Source of the DNA: a virus
Strand: one strand, 5' to 3'
Length of the DNA stretch: 64,000 nt
IMG/VR virus record: IMGVR_UViG_3300025150_000006
Location: 32,001-96,000 of that record
In this document: piece after piece, positions 19,065-27,320 of the stretch
Layout: each line of letters opens with the position of its first letter
Position numbering within the stretch: position 1 is the stretch's first letter
Translations under genes and position numbers: made by a program
The notes under the pieces: model-generated
The model's input: the letters and a program-made list of their open reading frames with translations, nothing else
What the model was told of the DNA's origin: nothing
Database searches by the model: none

Positions 19065-19648
19065 GAAGGGCCTCCCTCGTCCATTTCAGCTTCTTCACCC
19101 TCGGCCCAATCCTCGGGGTCTTCCTTGATCTCATCCACGTCATCCATGATCTGCTGGACCTCTGAACGGGCGCGGGGGTCTCCACCGGAGTCGTTCACGT
19201 CGGGATGCCAGTGGATGGCCTTGATCTCATCATCGAGTGTATCTGCAATGGAGGACAGAGCCTCATCACAGTTCGAGAGCTGCTTACGGATGTCCTTCAC
19301 GGGCATCACATAGCCCTTGCCCCCGAGATTCCCATCAGGAGAGATCCTCTGACTCTTGATCTTCGTGAACGTCGTGCGGGCGGTCTGGATGTGACCAAGC
19401 GCCATCAGCACACTGCGGAGGGTCCGAGCAAGGGGCTCAAGATTCTTGCCGTCGAACTTGTAGTCGGGGTCGATGTTCCGCTCGGAAGAACCAGGTGGGT
19501 TCCAGCCCCACTCGTGGTGGTCCCCGCCCCGATCCTTAATGAACCGGACCTCGCCAGCCGTCTTCGACCGTGTCGGCCGCAAGGCCGCCCGCACGAAACG
19601 TGCAGTGACTCGCTCAACGGCTTGTTTCATCTGGCGGTTATCGGACAC
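19061..19648 (-). CDS. Hypothetical late protein
   Basis: GGAGGAG RBS; N-terminal KQAVERVTARF..SKTA; CCTAT motif upstream. Confidence 0.7.
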   Translation of the reverse strand: MSDNRQMKQAVERVTARFVRAALRPTRSKTAGEVRFIKDRGGDHHEWGWNPPGSSERNIDPDYKFDGKNLEPLARTLRSVLMALGHIQTARTTFTKIKSQRISPDGNLGGKGYVMPVKDIRKQLSNCDEALSSIADTLDDEIKAIHWHPDVNDSGGDPRARSEVQQIMDDVDEIKEDPEDWAEGEEAEMDEGGPS

Positions 19649-19693
19649 GAGGGGTTCTCCTCCGGCTTCTACTGGTTCGCTGGTATAGGCTCA

Positions 19694-20551
19694 CTAGCGC
19701 CCAACCATTGAGGGCTCCAGGTTGAAGTCCTTCTTCATCAGGTCCCAGTTAACCGAGAACCAACGTCCGGTCCATTCGATGTACCGATGCTGGAGCAGGT
19801 ACAACACACGAGCAGCGACCGCGATGGGCAGCAAGGTGAACGTCCCAAATCCGAAGATATTGAGCACCCCACCAAAGGCTGAACCCGGCAGAGAAGCCAG
19901 GAAATCAGGGAAAGACATAGCCCCCGTGACGGCATCGGTGAGACCCTTGAAATCCCACTCGAACTCCGTGACGTTCATCCACACCCAGATGTAGATGCCC
20001 ACCATCAACACCCCCATGATGTGAGGAGCGTGCTGACGTAGCATCTCACCGAAGGAACCCAAGTGGCTGATCCCGGCGTCCAGCACCTTCTTGAGCTTGG
20101 GGGACTTGGCCATCAGGCCACTGATCAGGTCATTGAACGACTTGAGTTTGCCCTTCTCCAGCGTGTAAATGCGCAGGGGCCACGAGTCGAACATCTTGTG
20201 GATGAGTCCTCGCAGAGCCTTCTTCGCCTTCGCGGCCAGGTCCTTGATCGCCCTCGGAATGTCCAGAAGGCTCTTGATGCCGATCAGGTGCTTGAACTTC
20301 TCCCAGAGTTGGGGTGCTTTCTTGAACACCTCTACGAGCTGCTTGAGCTTGCGAATGAGTCCACCGAAAGCCACCCGCCCCTGATACTGAGGCAAGTAGA
20401 AGTGCTCTGCAAAGGCAGCCACCACGTCAGGCGTCAATCCCGACGTGGCCAGGCGTGTGCTTGAGCCGGCACACGCGGCGGTGGCTGCCATACGGACCAG
20501 GTAGCGGTCCGCCAGCCGGTCAATTGCCTGGCGAGCCTGGCCCATCATCAC
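19694..20551 (-). CDS. Hypothetical membrane-associated protein
   Basis: Hydrophobic segments IMGVLMVGIYIWVWM and FGGVLNIFGFGTFTLLPIAVAA; N-terminal RLADRY. Confidence 0.65.
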   Translation of the reverse strand: MMMGQARQAIDRLADRYLVRMAATAACAGSSTRLATSGLTPDVVAAFAEHFYLPQYQGRVAFGGLIRKLKQLVEVFKKAPQLWEKFKHLIGIKSLLDIPRAIKDLAAKAKKALRGLIHKMFDSWPLRIYTLEKGKLKSFNDLISGLMAKSPKLKKVLDAGISHLGSFGEMLRQHAPHIMGVLMVGIYIWVWMNVTEFEWDFKGLTDAVTGAMSFPDFLASLPGSAFGGVLNIFGFGTFTLLPIAVAARVLYLLQHRYIEWTGRWFSVNWDLMKKDFNLEPSMVGR

Positions 20552-21186
20552 ACCTTTAGAGGATTCCCGTCCTCGGTAAACAGTCGCTCGATGACGAACT
20601 CGCCACCCTCCTCACGGAACGCCCACAGATCCTTGGTCGCCTTGTGCACCAGGTCATTCGAGCCAGTCTTGGACTGCTCGAACATCTCTGAGATGCTACT
20701 GAACTCGATGAAGCTCCTCCGTACCTGGTGAGCCTTCTTCGAGTTGCCAGCCACCCGGCGAAGGTGCTCAGGACTCACCGGCAAGAACTGCCCATCGTCC
20801 CAGGCCACCATCACCATCCCGTTATGCACCGTCACGTCATCACCGTTGGCGTGACGCACGGTGACGACCGTCCCCTTGTCCTCGGGGAGACTGGCGTAGG
20901 CCAGTACAGAACCCAAGTTATGGGCGAACGACACACGAGTCCCTGCCGTCACAGGGAGCTGGAGAGCATCCGCTGCCCTGGACCGATCGGTCAATGCCCG
21001 GAGAGCACTCGTCGAGGAGCCCTCCAGAGTTCGACCCTGGAGGACGTGGTCGATCATCCCAGTGTCACCCCAGTGGATGTCATCCCCGACCTCGTCACGT
21101 CCGGGCAAGAAACTAGCCGTGGCAGCCTGCTTCTGAACCTTGGGAGGTGCCTGCTCTGCGTCACCAATGAAATCAGTCAGGTCCAT
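20548..21186 (-). CDS. Hypothetical protein with SH3-like segment
   Basis: GTRVSF..GTVVTV..MVMVAWDDG; GAGG RBS. Confidence 0.6.
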   Translation of the reverse strand: MDLTDFIGDAEQAPPKVQKQAATASFLPGRDEVGDDIHWGDTGMIDHVLQGRTLEGSSTSALRALTDRSRAADALQLPVTAGTRVSFAHNLGSVLAYASLPEDKGTVVTVRHANGDDVTVHNGMVMVAWDDGQFLPVSPEHLRRVAGNSKKAHQVRRSFIEFSSISEMFEQSKTGSNDLVHKATKDLWAFREEGGEFVIERLFTEDGNPLKV

Positions 21187-21194
21187 GGGTCACC

Positions 21195-22454
21195 TCACGC
21201 GATCCGAGTTGCTTGCCACTCAACCGTCATGGTCTGGTTGGTGGCAAAATTGATGGTGAACCCAGTGGCCAACTTGCCCGTGATCCACGGGGTTTCATCA
21301 TTGGCAGGCTGCGAAGGAACTTCGAGATGCACCTGGTAGACCGCATCCGACATGGGAACATCGAACGACACCGCTACCGTGGTGGCAGCCCCGAAGACCG
21401 CAGACCCGGTCTGGGTGGGGAGGTCCAACACGGCACCGGCGGCAGGTGCCGTGATCGCTGCAATGGATGTGTTCCGGGCCGTGCAAGTCACGGTCTCGGT
21501 CACGAGCAACTCCGCCATCGAGCAGTTGTGGAACTGGAACGTCTGGTTACCCGACAAGGTCACGGCGGGGAGGACTGTGCCCTCAACGAACAAAGTTCCA
21601 GACCCGGCCAGATCCACTGCAAAAGGTGTAGCGAGACCAGTGTTCTCCGCGATCGCCCCGCAGTCGATGATCCGATAGGTGCCCTCCCCTGAAAAAGGAA
21701 CGTCGTTGGCCGTGTCGAACCGAAGGTCAATGGCCCCCACGCCCTGGACGTAGGACAAACGAAAAGTGCCCACTTCCTGGATGAGCAACAGACCCAGGTC
21801 TGCTGCTTCCCCCCACTGGCCCCCGGTGACGATCAGGTTCTCGACCGCCGTCGCCCAGATGTTCCGGGTGCCACCAGCCGAGTCGGCACTCAGGTCACAG
21901 TCCTTGATCACGATGCCCGAGGACCCCACCGTCGAGGCTGCAGCACCAATCACTCGGATGCACGCCTTGTTGGTGTGGACGTTCGTGATGGTGAACCCCT
22001 GGATGAGGATCGAGAGAGGGATGGTCCCAAACTGAGCCGAGATGATGACCGTGTGGTCAGCACCAGGGGCATCGGGAGTCGCTTCGAGAACGGACTCAAT
22101 AGTGGGGTGGCCCAAGCCAACCAGGCGAACGCCATCACGGACGATGTTGACCGTCTCGGTATAGACCCCTGGCAGCACCAGGATGAGGTAGGGATTCGCC
22201 GAGGAGGCCGATGTAGGCACCACGTCAAGGGCTGACTGGATGGTGGTGTACGCCGCCCCGGCTCCACTCTTGCCGACCACCAACACGTTGGTGATGGCGT
22301 TCAACCCAGCAAGCTGGGACAGAGTGAGGGGGCTTGTGATGATCGTGTCTTGGAACGCGAGCCCACCCGTGCCAGCGTCACGGCTGATACGTCGAGTCCC
22401 GGCGGAGCCGGGCTCAATGTCAATCTGGTCGATGAGGAATGGAGCTTGCGCCAT
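21195..22454 (-). CDS. Beta-helix (pectin-lyase-like) fibre/spike-like structural protein
   Basis: YTTIQSALD..ILVLPGVYTETVNI beta-helix cap; C-terminal VSF..P....YQV..TGFTI fibre-type domain. Confidence 0.6.
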   Translation of the reverse strand: MAQAPFLIDQIDIEPGSAGTRRISRDAGTGGLAFQDTIITSPLTLSQLAGLNAITNVLVVGKSGAGAAYTTIQSALDVVPTSASSANPYLILVLPGVYTETVNIVRDGVRLVGLGHPTIESVLEATPDAPGADHTVIISAQFGTIPLSILIQGFTITNVHTNKACIRVIGAAASTVGSSGIVIKDCDLSADSAGGTRNIWATAVENLIVTGGQWGEAADLGLLLIQEVGTFRLSYVQGVGAIDLRFDTANDVPFSGEGTYRIIDCGAIAENTGLATPFAVDLAGSGTLFVEGTVLPAVTLSGNQTFQFHNCSMAELLVTETVTCTARNTSIAAITAPAAGAVLDLPTQTGSAVFGAATTVAVSFDVPMSDAVYQVHLEVPSQPANDETPWITGKLATGFTINFATNQTMTVEWQATRIA

Positions 22455-22457
22455 CGG

Positions 22458-23063
22458 TTACCTCACCTGACCTTGATACTTGTGGAGCGTGGTCCGCACG
22501 TACTGCCGGATGTCCTTGGCCATCTGGGCGTAAGGGCCATTTCCCCCGCCATCAAACTCTGTCTCTTCCACCAGGTCGTCCAGGATCTGGGCGGCCTCCA
22601 ACCCCTTGGAAGCATAACTCTCCAGAGCCTGCTTGAGCTTGGCCCTGTACTGTCCTGCCCCGGCGAGCCGAGTAGTGGCATACCTTCCCTTGCGAAGGAC
22701 ACCCTTGGCGGCAAGTTGACAGAACAGGCCAACCCGCATCCGGCGATTCATCAAAATCGGGCTCCCTGACCGACTCATCTTCAGGTAGGCATCCAACCCC
22801 TTCTCATCCGCTGTCACACCGCGAAGACGACTGGCTTCCTCTCCGAGAAGGGCTGACATCGTATCACGGTCGTAGCCCATCTTGCGTGCTTCCTCACGGA
22901 AGACGTTGATGCCCCAGTCGGAGAGTTCCCCCTGGTTATACCGATCGGGATCACGACCGAAATCCGCCAACATCATCTTGGCGGTCCCAATCAACCCCAG
23001 GGGGGATGCGAGCACTCGAAGGGCTAGTTTGTCTATCCGTGCTTCGTTCATCTTGTTCCTCAC
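22458..23063 (-). CDS. Hypothetical late protein
   Basis: Coupled ORF (GTGA overlap); KLALRVLAS and RLAG motifs. Confidence 0.6.
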   Translation of the reverse strand: MRNKMNEARIDKLALRVLASPLGLIGTAKMMLADFGRDPDRYNQGELSDWGINVFREEARKMGYDRDTMSALLGEEASRLRGVTADEKGLDAYLKMSRSGSPILMNRRMRVGLFCQLAAKGVLRKGRYATTRLAGAGQYRAKLKQALESYASKGLEAAQILDDLVEETEFDGGGNGPYAQMAKDIRQYVRTTLHKYQGQVR

Positions 23064-23749
23064 ACGAACACATCGTAGCCAACCAGCACAGGTGAGCCAG
23101 CCGCTGGAACGTGCCCCAACGTGATGGTGAACCCCGTCTTGAGCTTGGTCACGGTCGGGACATAGGCGTCGAAGAACCCCTGAGGTGCCAACAGCACTCG
23201 GTAGTTCGTCGTGGACAGCGGAGTGGTGAACACCACTGCCTTGGACCCAGCATCGGTGTCTGCGATGGACACCGTACCTGACAGGTCACTGGTGCCCGAC
23301 GTCTTGACGAGCACCGAGTAGCCCACCGTCTTGGGAGCCGCCAGGGTGCCGTAGACCGTTGCAGCCTCAACCGTGAACCCAGTTGTGGTCCAGCCCGAAG
23401 TGATGAGCAACGTCGAGTCAGGGATGGTGAGCACCACCCGATAGTTCGTGTTGTTCAGCACCCCCGGCGGGATGACTACAGCCTGACTTGTCTGCCCCGT
23501 GAACACCACGTTACCCGACTCGACCTCTGTCTCCAGTTGAAGCAAGGTGACGAGTTCGGTGGCCGCCTTGATGTCGGCCATCACGGTCGCGGACATCGCG
23601 GTGTACGGGTCACAGATCCCGCCGGTCGGTGTGCGGATGTTCCGCACCGACACCACACCCTGTGCATCCACCACGACGTCGAAGTAGTAGGACTGCGACC
23701 CCGAGGTGGACTTGTAGGTGTGAACCGACTGTTGGCGGGTGAGGGCCAT
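23060..23749 (-). CDS. Structural protein with two tandem beta-sandwich repeats
   Basis: Two G.V...AVV....TNYRV.L...TGFT(V/I) repeats. Confidence 0.6.
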   Translation of the reverse strand: MALTRQQSVHTYKSTSGSQSYYFDVVVDAQGVVSVRNIRTPTGGICDPYTAMSATVMADIKAATELVTLLQLETEVESGNVVFTGQTSQAVVIPPGVLNNTNYRVVLTIPDSTLLITSGWTTTGFTVEAATVYGTLAAPKTVGYSVLVKTSGTSDLSGTVSIADTDAGSKAVVFTTPLSTTNYRVLLAPQGFFDAYVPTVTKLKTGFTITLGHVPAAGSPVLVGYDVFV

Positions 23750-23752
23750 CGA

Positions 23753-25723
23753 CTACAGCCCCAGGGCTGTGTTAATCGCCCTACGATCAAAAGAAGTCAC
23801 CCCGGACTCGAACTGCATTACCCGGCCATCATAGTAACCAAAGAGGATCTCCTTGCCTCGACTCTTCTTGGTCACATAGAGACGCCTGCCCTTCCATACC
23901 GAGGATGCCGTGAATCCAGCATCCTGAACAGCCTCCAGACCCTCCTGGAGAGAAAGAGAAGCAGCCGTCCGCTGAGCACGCAGCTCGGCGAGACGAGACG
24001 AAGTTGAAGCAATCCTCAGCTTCAGCACTGCCACGCCCATGCTGCCGTGAGCCAGTGAGACACCATAATCCCTCTTGAACAGGATCCACTTCGCCTGTCC
24101 CTGAAGGACCGGAGCACCATCCACGATGGGGAAGAGCTGCTTGCTGTACACGTTATACTTCTCGGAGTACGTCGTGCGTCCCACCATGAACTCTTGCTCA
24201 CCTGCCTCATAGGTAGACTTGTAGGTGATGAACAGACGCTTGCCCTTGGTCAGGCCGTCGTACTGACTGTCCGACATGAGTGTGGCCAGATGAGCATTGT
24301 TCTCCTCAGGAGAAGCGAACAGCCTCATCTTCGGGACCTCAGAGCCCTGATAGGCCATGACGAAGTAGGCATTGTACTTGTAGGCGGACCACTTGCCCGT
24401 GTCAGAAGTGAGCTTGGCTACCACCCCATGGTAGTTGAACTTGGCAAGGGCCTGGATGAGCACCTTGCGAGTCTTCGCGGCCACTTCCTTGGCTTGATCG
24501 TTGGTGGCACCCGGAGACAGAAGACCTTCGATGACGAAACCTTCTGCACGGTAAGGGACACCATCAGGTGTGATGGTGTTTTCCCTTTCATGTCCCCAGG
24601 CCTCAATCGGACCGGCACCAAGTCCTGACCTCTTCAGGGTGGCTGCCATCAACTTGTAGATGGCAGCCGCTGCCCCCGCAAAGTCCTTGTTTGCCGACCG
24701 ACGCTTGGCCTCCCGGTCCATGATTGGGGCCAAGATCCTATGAGCTGCCTGTGCTTGTGCCTGTGCTGCTCGAATCACTTCCTGAGTCGTCCCCTCAGTT
24801 TCAACTGAGAGCCACTTGGACCCAGTGGTTGCCTTCAGGAACTCCTCACTCCACTTGGGCTGGAGATAGTAGCTGTAGCTGGCCTTGAGCGAATCCTGGG
24901 AGGGACCCCACTGATGGATCTCAATCTGGATCTCGGTTGGCCCACCGCCGATGCTGGGGAGCGTTGGGACCTCAATCTCGGCCTTGCCTGAAAGCCCACC
25001 CGTATGATTGGGAGTCACCTTGAACTTGCTCACCCGACCACCGAGAGCTTTTGCAGCGGCGTCCGACCAGGCACGCAGTGCCGGAGTGACCTGGCTATCA
25101 TCACCGGCGGTCTTGCCCTTGAACTGATCCATCTCGGCCTGGACCTTGGCCATCCTGGCCAACAATGCTGTTCGGTTCACGGTTGCTTCCTTGTTCTTGT
25201 ACTTCGAGCGGTCCACCCCTCCGGGCCAACGCTGCTGAACATACTTCTTGTTGTACTCGCTCTTCTCATCCAGCTCACCAGCGAGCCTCTCATCACCACA
25301 GGCGCAGGTGGCGTGGCGCTGAAGGAGCGGGATGATGAACTGGCGGGACTCGGGAACCTCCGAGGCGACCCGTAGAAGGGCTTGCTTGATCGTGCCCGCT
25401 TGCTTGTGCTGTGCCCAAAACAAGTCGGACTCTTCTTTTGCCTTCGCTATGACCGCTTGGGCCTTTTGAGCACCAAGCGGCGTGAGCTGCATGTTGAGGG
25501 GGTAGTCCATGTCGATGACCACCCCGCCCCTACCTGCATTGATATAGCCCTTCTTCAAGAGGGCTATTGCTAGACGCGGTGGGATCCCCGAATCCCGGAT
25601 GGTCCATTCATTGTGGTCTCTCGGCGGGTCCACTTTGAACTTCTTGACGTCAGCCTTGTACAACCGAACAAGGGCTTCATCGATCGTTCGTACAGGACTG
25701 GCCGCTTGCTTGATCGTGCTCAT
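23753..25723 (-). CDS. Modular hypothetical polyprotein-like late protein
   Basis: 656 aa; modules bordered by KQA/RLA/KEA/KTA/RIA/RTA. Confidence 0.7.
   Translation of the reverse strand: MSTIKQAASPVRTIDEALVRLYKADVKKFKVDPPRDHNEWTIRDSGIPPRLAIALLKKGYINAGRGGVVIDMDYPLNMQLTPLGAQKAQAVIAKAKEESDLFWAQHKQAGTIKQALLRVASEVPESRQFIIPLLQRHATCACGDERLAGELDEKSEYNKKYVQQRWPGGVDRSKYKNKEATVNRTALLARMAKVQAEMDQFKGKTAGDDSQVTPALRAWSDAAAKALGGRVSKFKVTPNHTGGLSGKAEIEVPTLPSIGGGPTEIQIEIHQWGPSQDSLKASYSYYLQPKWSEEFLKATTGSKWLSVETEGTTQEVIRAAQAQAQAAHRILAPIMDREAKRRSANKDFAGAAAAIYKLMAATLKRSGLGAGPIEAWGHERENTITPDGVPYRAEGFVIEGLLSPGATNDQAKEVAAKTRKVLIQALAKFNYHGVVAKLTSDTGKWSAYKYNAYFVMAYQGSEVPKMRLFASPEENNAHLATLMSDSQYDGLTKGKRLFITYKSTYEAGEQEFMVGRTTYSEKYNVYSKQLFPIVDGAPVLQGQAKWILFKRDYGVSLAHGSMGVAVLKLRIASTSSRLAELRAQRTAASLSLQEGLEAVQDAGFTASSVWKGRRLYVTKKSRGKEILFGYYDGRVMQFESGVTSFDRRAINTALGL
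25380..25719. repeat. 16-bp direct repeat GCTTGCTTGATCGTGC (25380-25395 and 25704-25719) encoding TIKQA twice
   Basis: Exact match seen in the sequence, 324 nt (108 codons) apart. Confidence 0.8.
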
Positions 25724-25729
25724 TGGATC

Positions 25730-26038
25730 TCACCAGATTCCGGTCGTTTCGAAGCCACGCTTCTCAAACCACTGACCAAGGGCCATCAAGCCGTCGTGAT
25801 CCTTGGACCACAGCTCCAGGCCATCAAAACTGGAAGCGACACCGAGGTCCGCAACACGCGGAACACCCTTCATCGCGACCTTGCCGTCACGGAACGAGTA
25901 GAGCAGACTCGCCAAGTTACGGATTTCCTGTGCACCGTACAGCACACGAATCCGATACTCCGGGAACGAGACCTCACGGAGCCACCTTTCGGCGACCCGT
26001 TTCGTCATCAGCACCTGGTTTTTGGACTCATTCTTCAT
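25730..26038 (-). CDS. Small hypothetical late protein
   Basis: 102 aa; N-terminal KRVAERW; CCTAT motif upstream. Confidence 0.65.
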   Translation of the reverse strand: MKNESKNQVLMTKRVAERWLREVSFPEYRIRVLYGAQEIRNLASLLYSFRDGKVAMKGVPRVADLGVASSFDGLELWSKDHDGLMALGQWFEKRGFETTGIW

Positions 26039-26090
26039 GGGCGAAGCACCCCTATGCTCTACCTGGTCGGCGGCATAGGCGAACTAACGC

Positions 26091-26693
26091 CTAGTCGATG
26101 ACGTGAGTCCAACGGCCATCCCATGCCGGACGCTGAACCTCACGGAGGATGTTCAGGTTCTCGGCAATGGTATCGAACATCGCCGCCAGATCCGTCAGAC
26201 CATTGTGGTCGCGCATCCTCTTAACCGCTCGAATGAACCGATGCCGCACTAGCCCCTGGGTGACACCAAGCCTCTTGGCGACCTCACTCTGACAGGTCGT
26301 CTCCCACATCAACACCATGATCTGGGCGTCGAGGGGGTCCGGCAAGAAACCGGTCATGGCTTCTTCAAGTTCGGGGCGGGTGATGCTGGGGAGCTGGAGG
26401 AGGAACTGGATGCGGGAGGTAGCACGTTTGAGACGGTAGCAGACCGTGGGTTGACTAACCCCGAAGATGATCGCGATGTCCGTCTGATTGATGTGCCGGA
26501 AGAAGTACAGGTCTACGAAGTCAGCTTCCCGAGGAGGAAGTTGATCGAGCATCCCCCGTACCCGGTCAATCTTGACCATGGACTCCTCAGATGGCTCGGT
26601 GAACACCGATTCCAGATGAGATATGGAGTCCTCGTTCGAGTACCGAGTCTCGATGTCCAGAGGGTCCGTCATGTGATGTCCTGACCAGCTCAT
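26091..26693 (-). CDS. Protein with two tandem sigma-70 region-4-type HTH domains
   Basis: LPPREADFVDLYFF..QTDIAIIFGVSQPTVCYRLKRA and QSEVAKRLGVTQGLVRHRFIRA. Confidence 0.7.
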   Translation of the reverse strand: MSWSGHHMTDPLDIETRYSNEDSISHLESVFTEPSEESMVKIDRVRGMLDQLPPREADFVDLYFFRHINQTDIAIIFGVSQPTVCYRLKRATSRIQFLLQLPSITRPELEEAMTGFLPDPLDAQIMVLMWETTCQSEVAKRLGVTQGLVRHRFIRAVKRMRDHNGLTDLAAMFDTIAENLNILREVQRPAWDGRWTHVID

Positions 26694-26771
26694 CGCAGTC
26701 CACGTTGCTCGCGACTCAGATCAAGAAGCACCAAGACCACCCCCACTATACCAAAAACTATCGTTCGTCCA

Positions 26772-27320
26772 TCATCCTGCATCAACCTCCTCAAGAAACA
26801 CCCTGGGGATTGTGGCAACAACATCCAAGGATCTCAGGGTGATACGCACGAAACCGTTATCTTGGTCAAGACCTGCAATAAACCCCTCCAACCCCCTGTA
26901 GGGACCATCGAGGATACGCACCTGCGCCTTGAGTGGGATCTCAGCCGTGACCATCTCCCGCAGCTTGCGCTGCATGGCTCCCACCTGGGCATTTGAGATC
27001 ACAGACAGGTAACGCAACTTGTGCTTTCCCTGCCTGGTACTCATCACCTGGCTGACATAGGGGGTCTTCTCCAGAGCGAAGTACGCCACCTCGTCAAGTC
27101 CAGACCCCACGAAAGCGTAGCCCTCCATCAGGTGGACGGGGGTCATCTTTCCGTCGCGTGTGAACAACGCGACGGGTACGAACACCGGATGATCGTCCCC
27201 CACATGAAGATCCCGACGAAGGGCTCTTTCGAGGACCCCCTCAACCGCCTGTAGTTCGCCTGCGTGGGTTAGCTCAAGAGCTACCCAGGTGTGTTCGTCA
27301 CGGAGATCCCCCATCACCAC
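26772..27320 (-). CDS. NusG/RfaH-family transcription elongation factor (NGN + KOW)
   Basis: VFVP...LMEGYAFV (NGN); VRILDGPYRGLEGFI (KOW). Confidence 0.78.
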   Translation of the reverse strand: MVMGDLRDEHTWVALELTHAGELQAVEGVLERALRRDLHVGDDHPVFVPVALFTRDGKMTPVHLMEGYAFVGSGLDEVAYFALEKTPYVSQVMSTRQGKHKLRYLSVISNAQVGAMQRKLREMVTAEIPLKAQVRILDGPYRGLEGFIAGLDQDNGFVRITLRSLDVVATIPRVFLEEVDAG

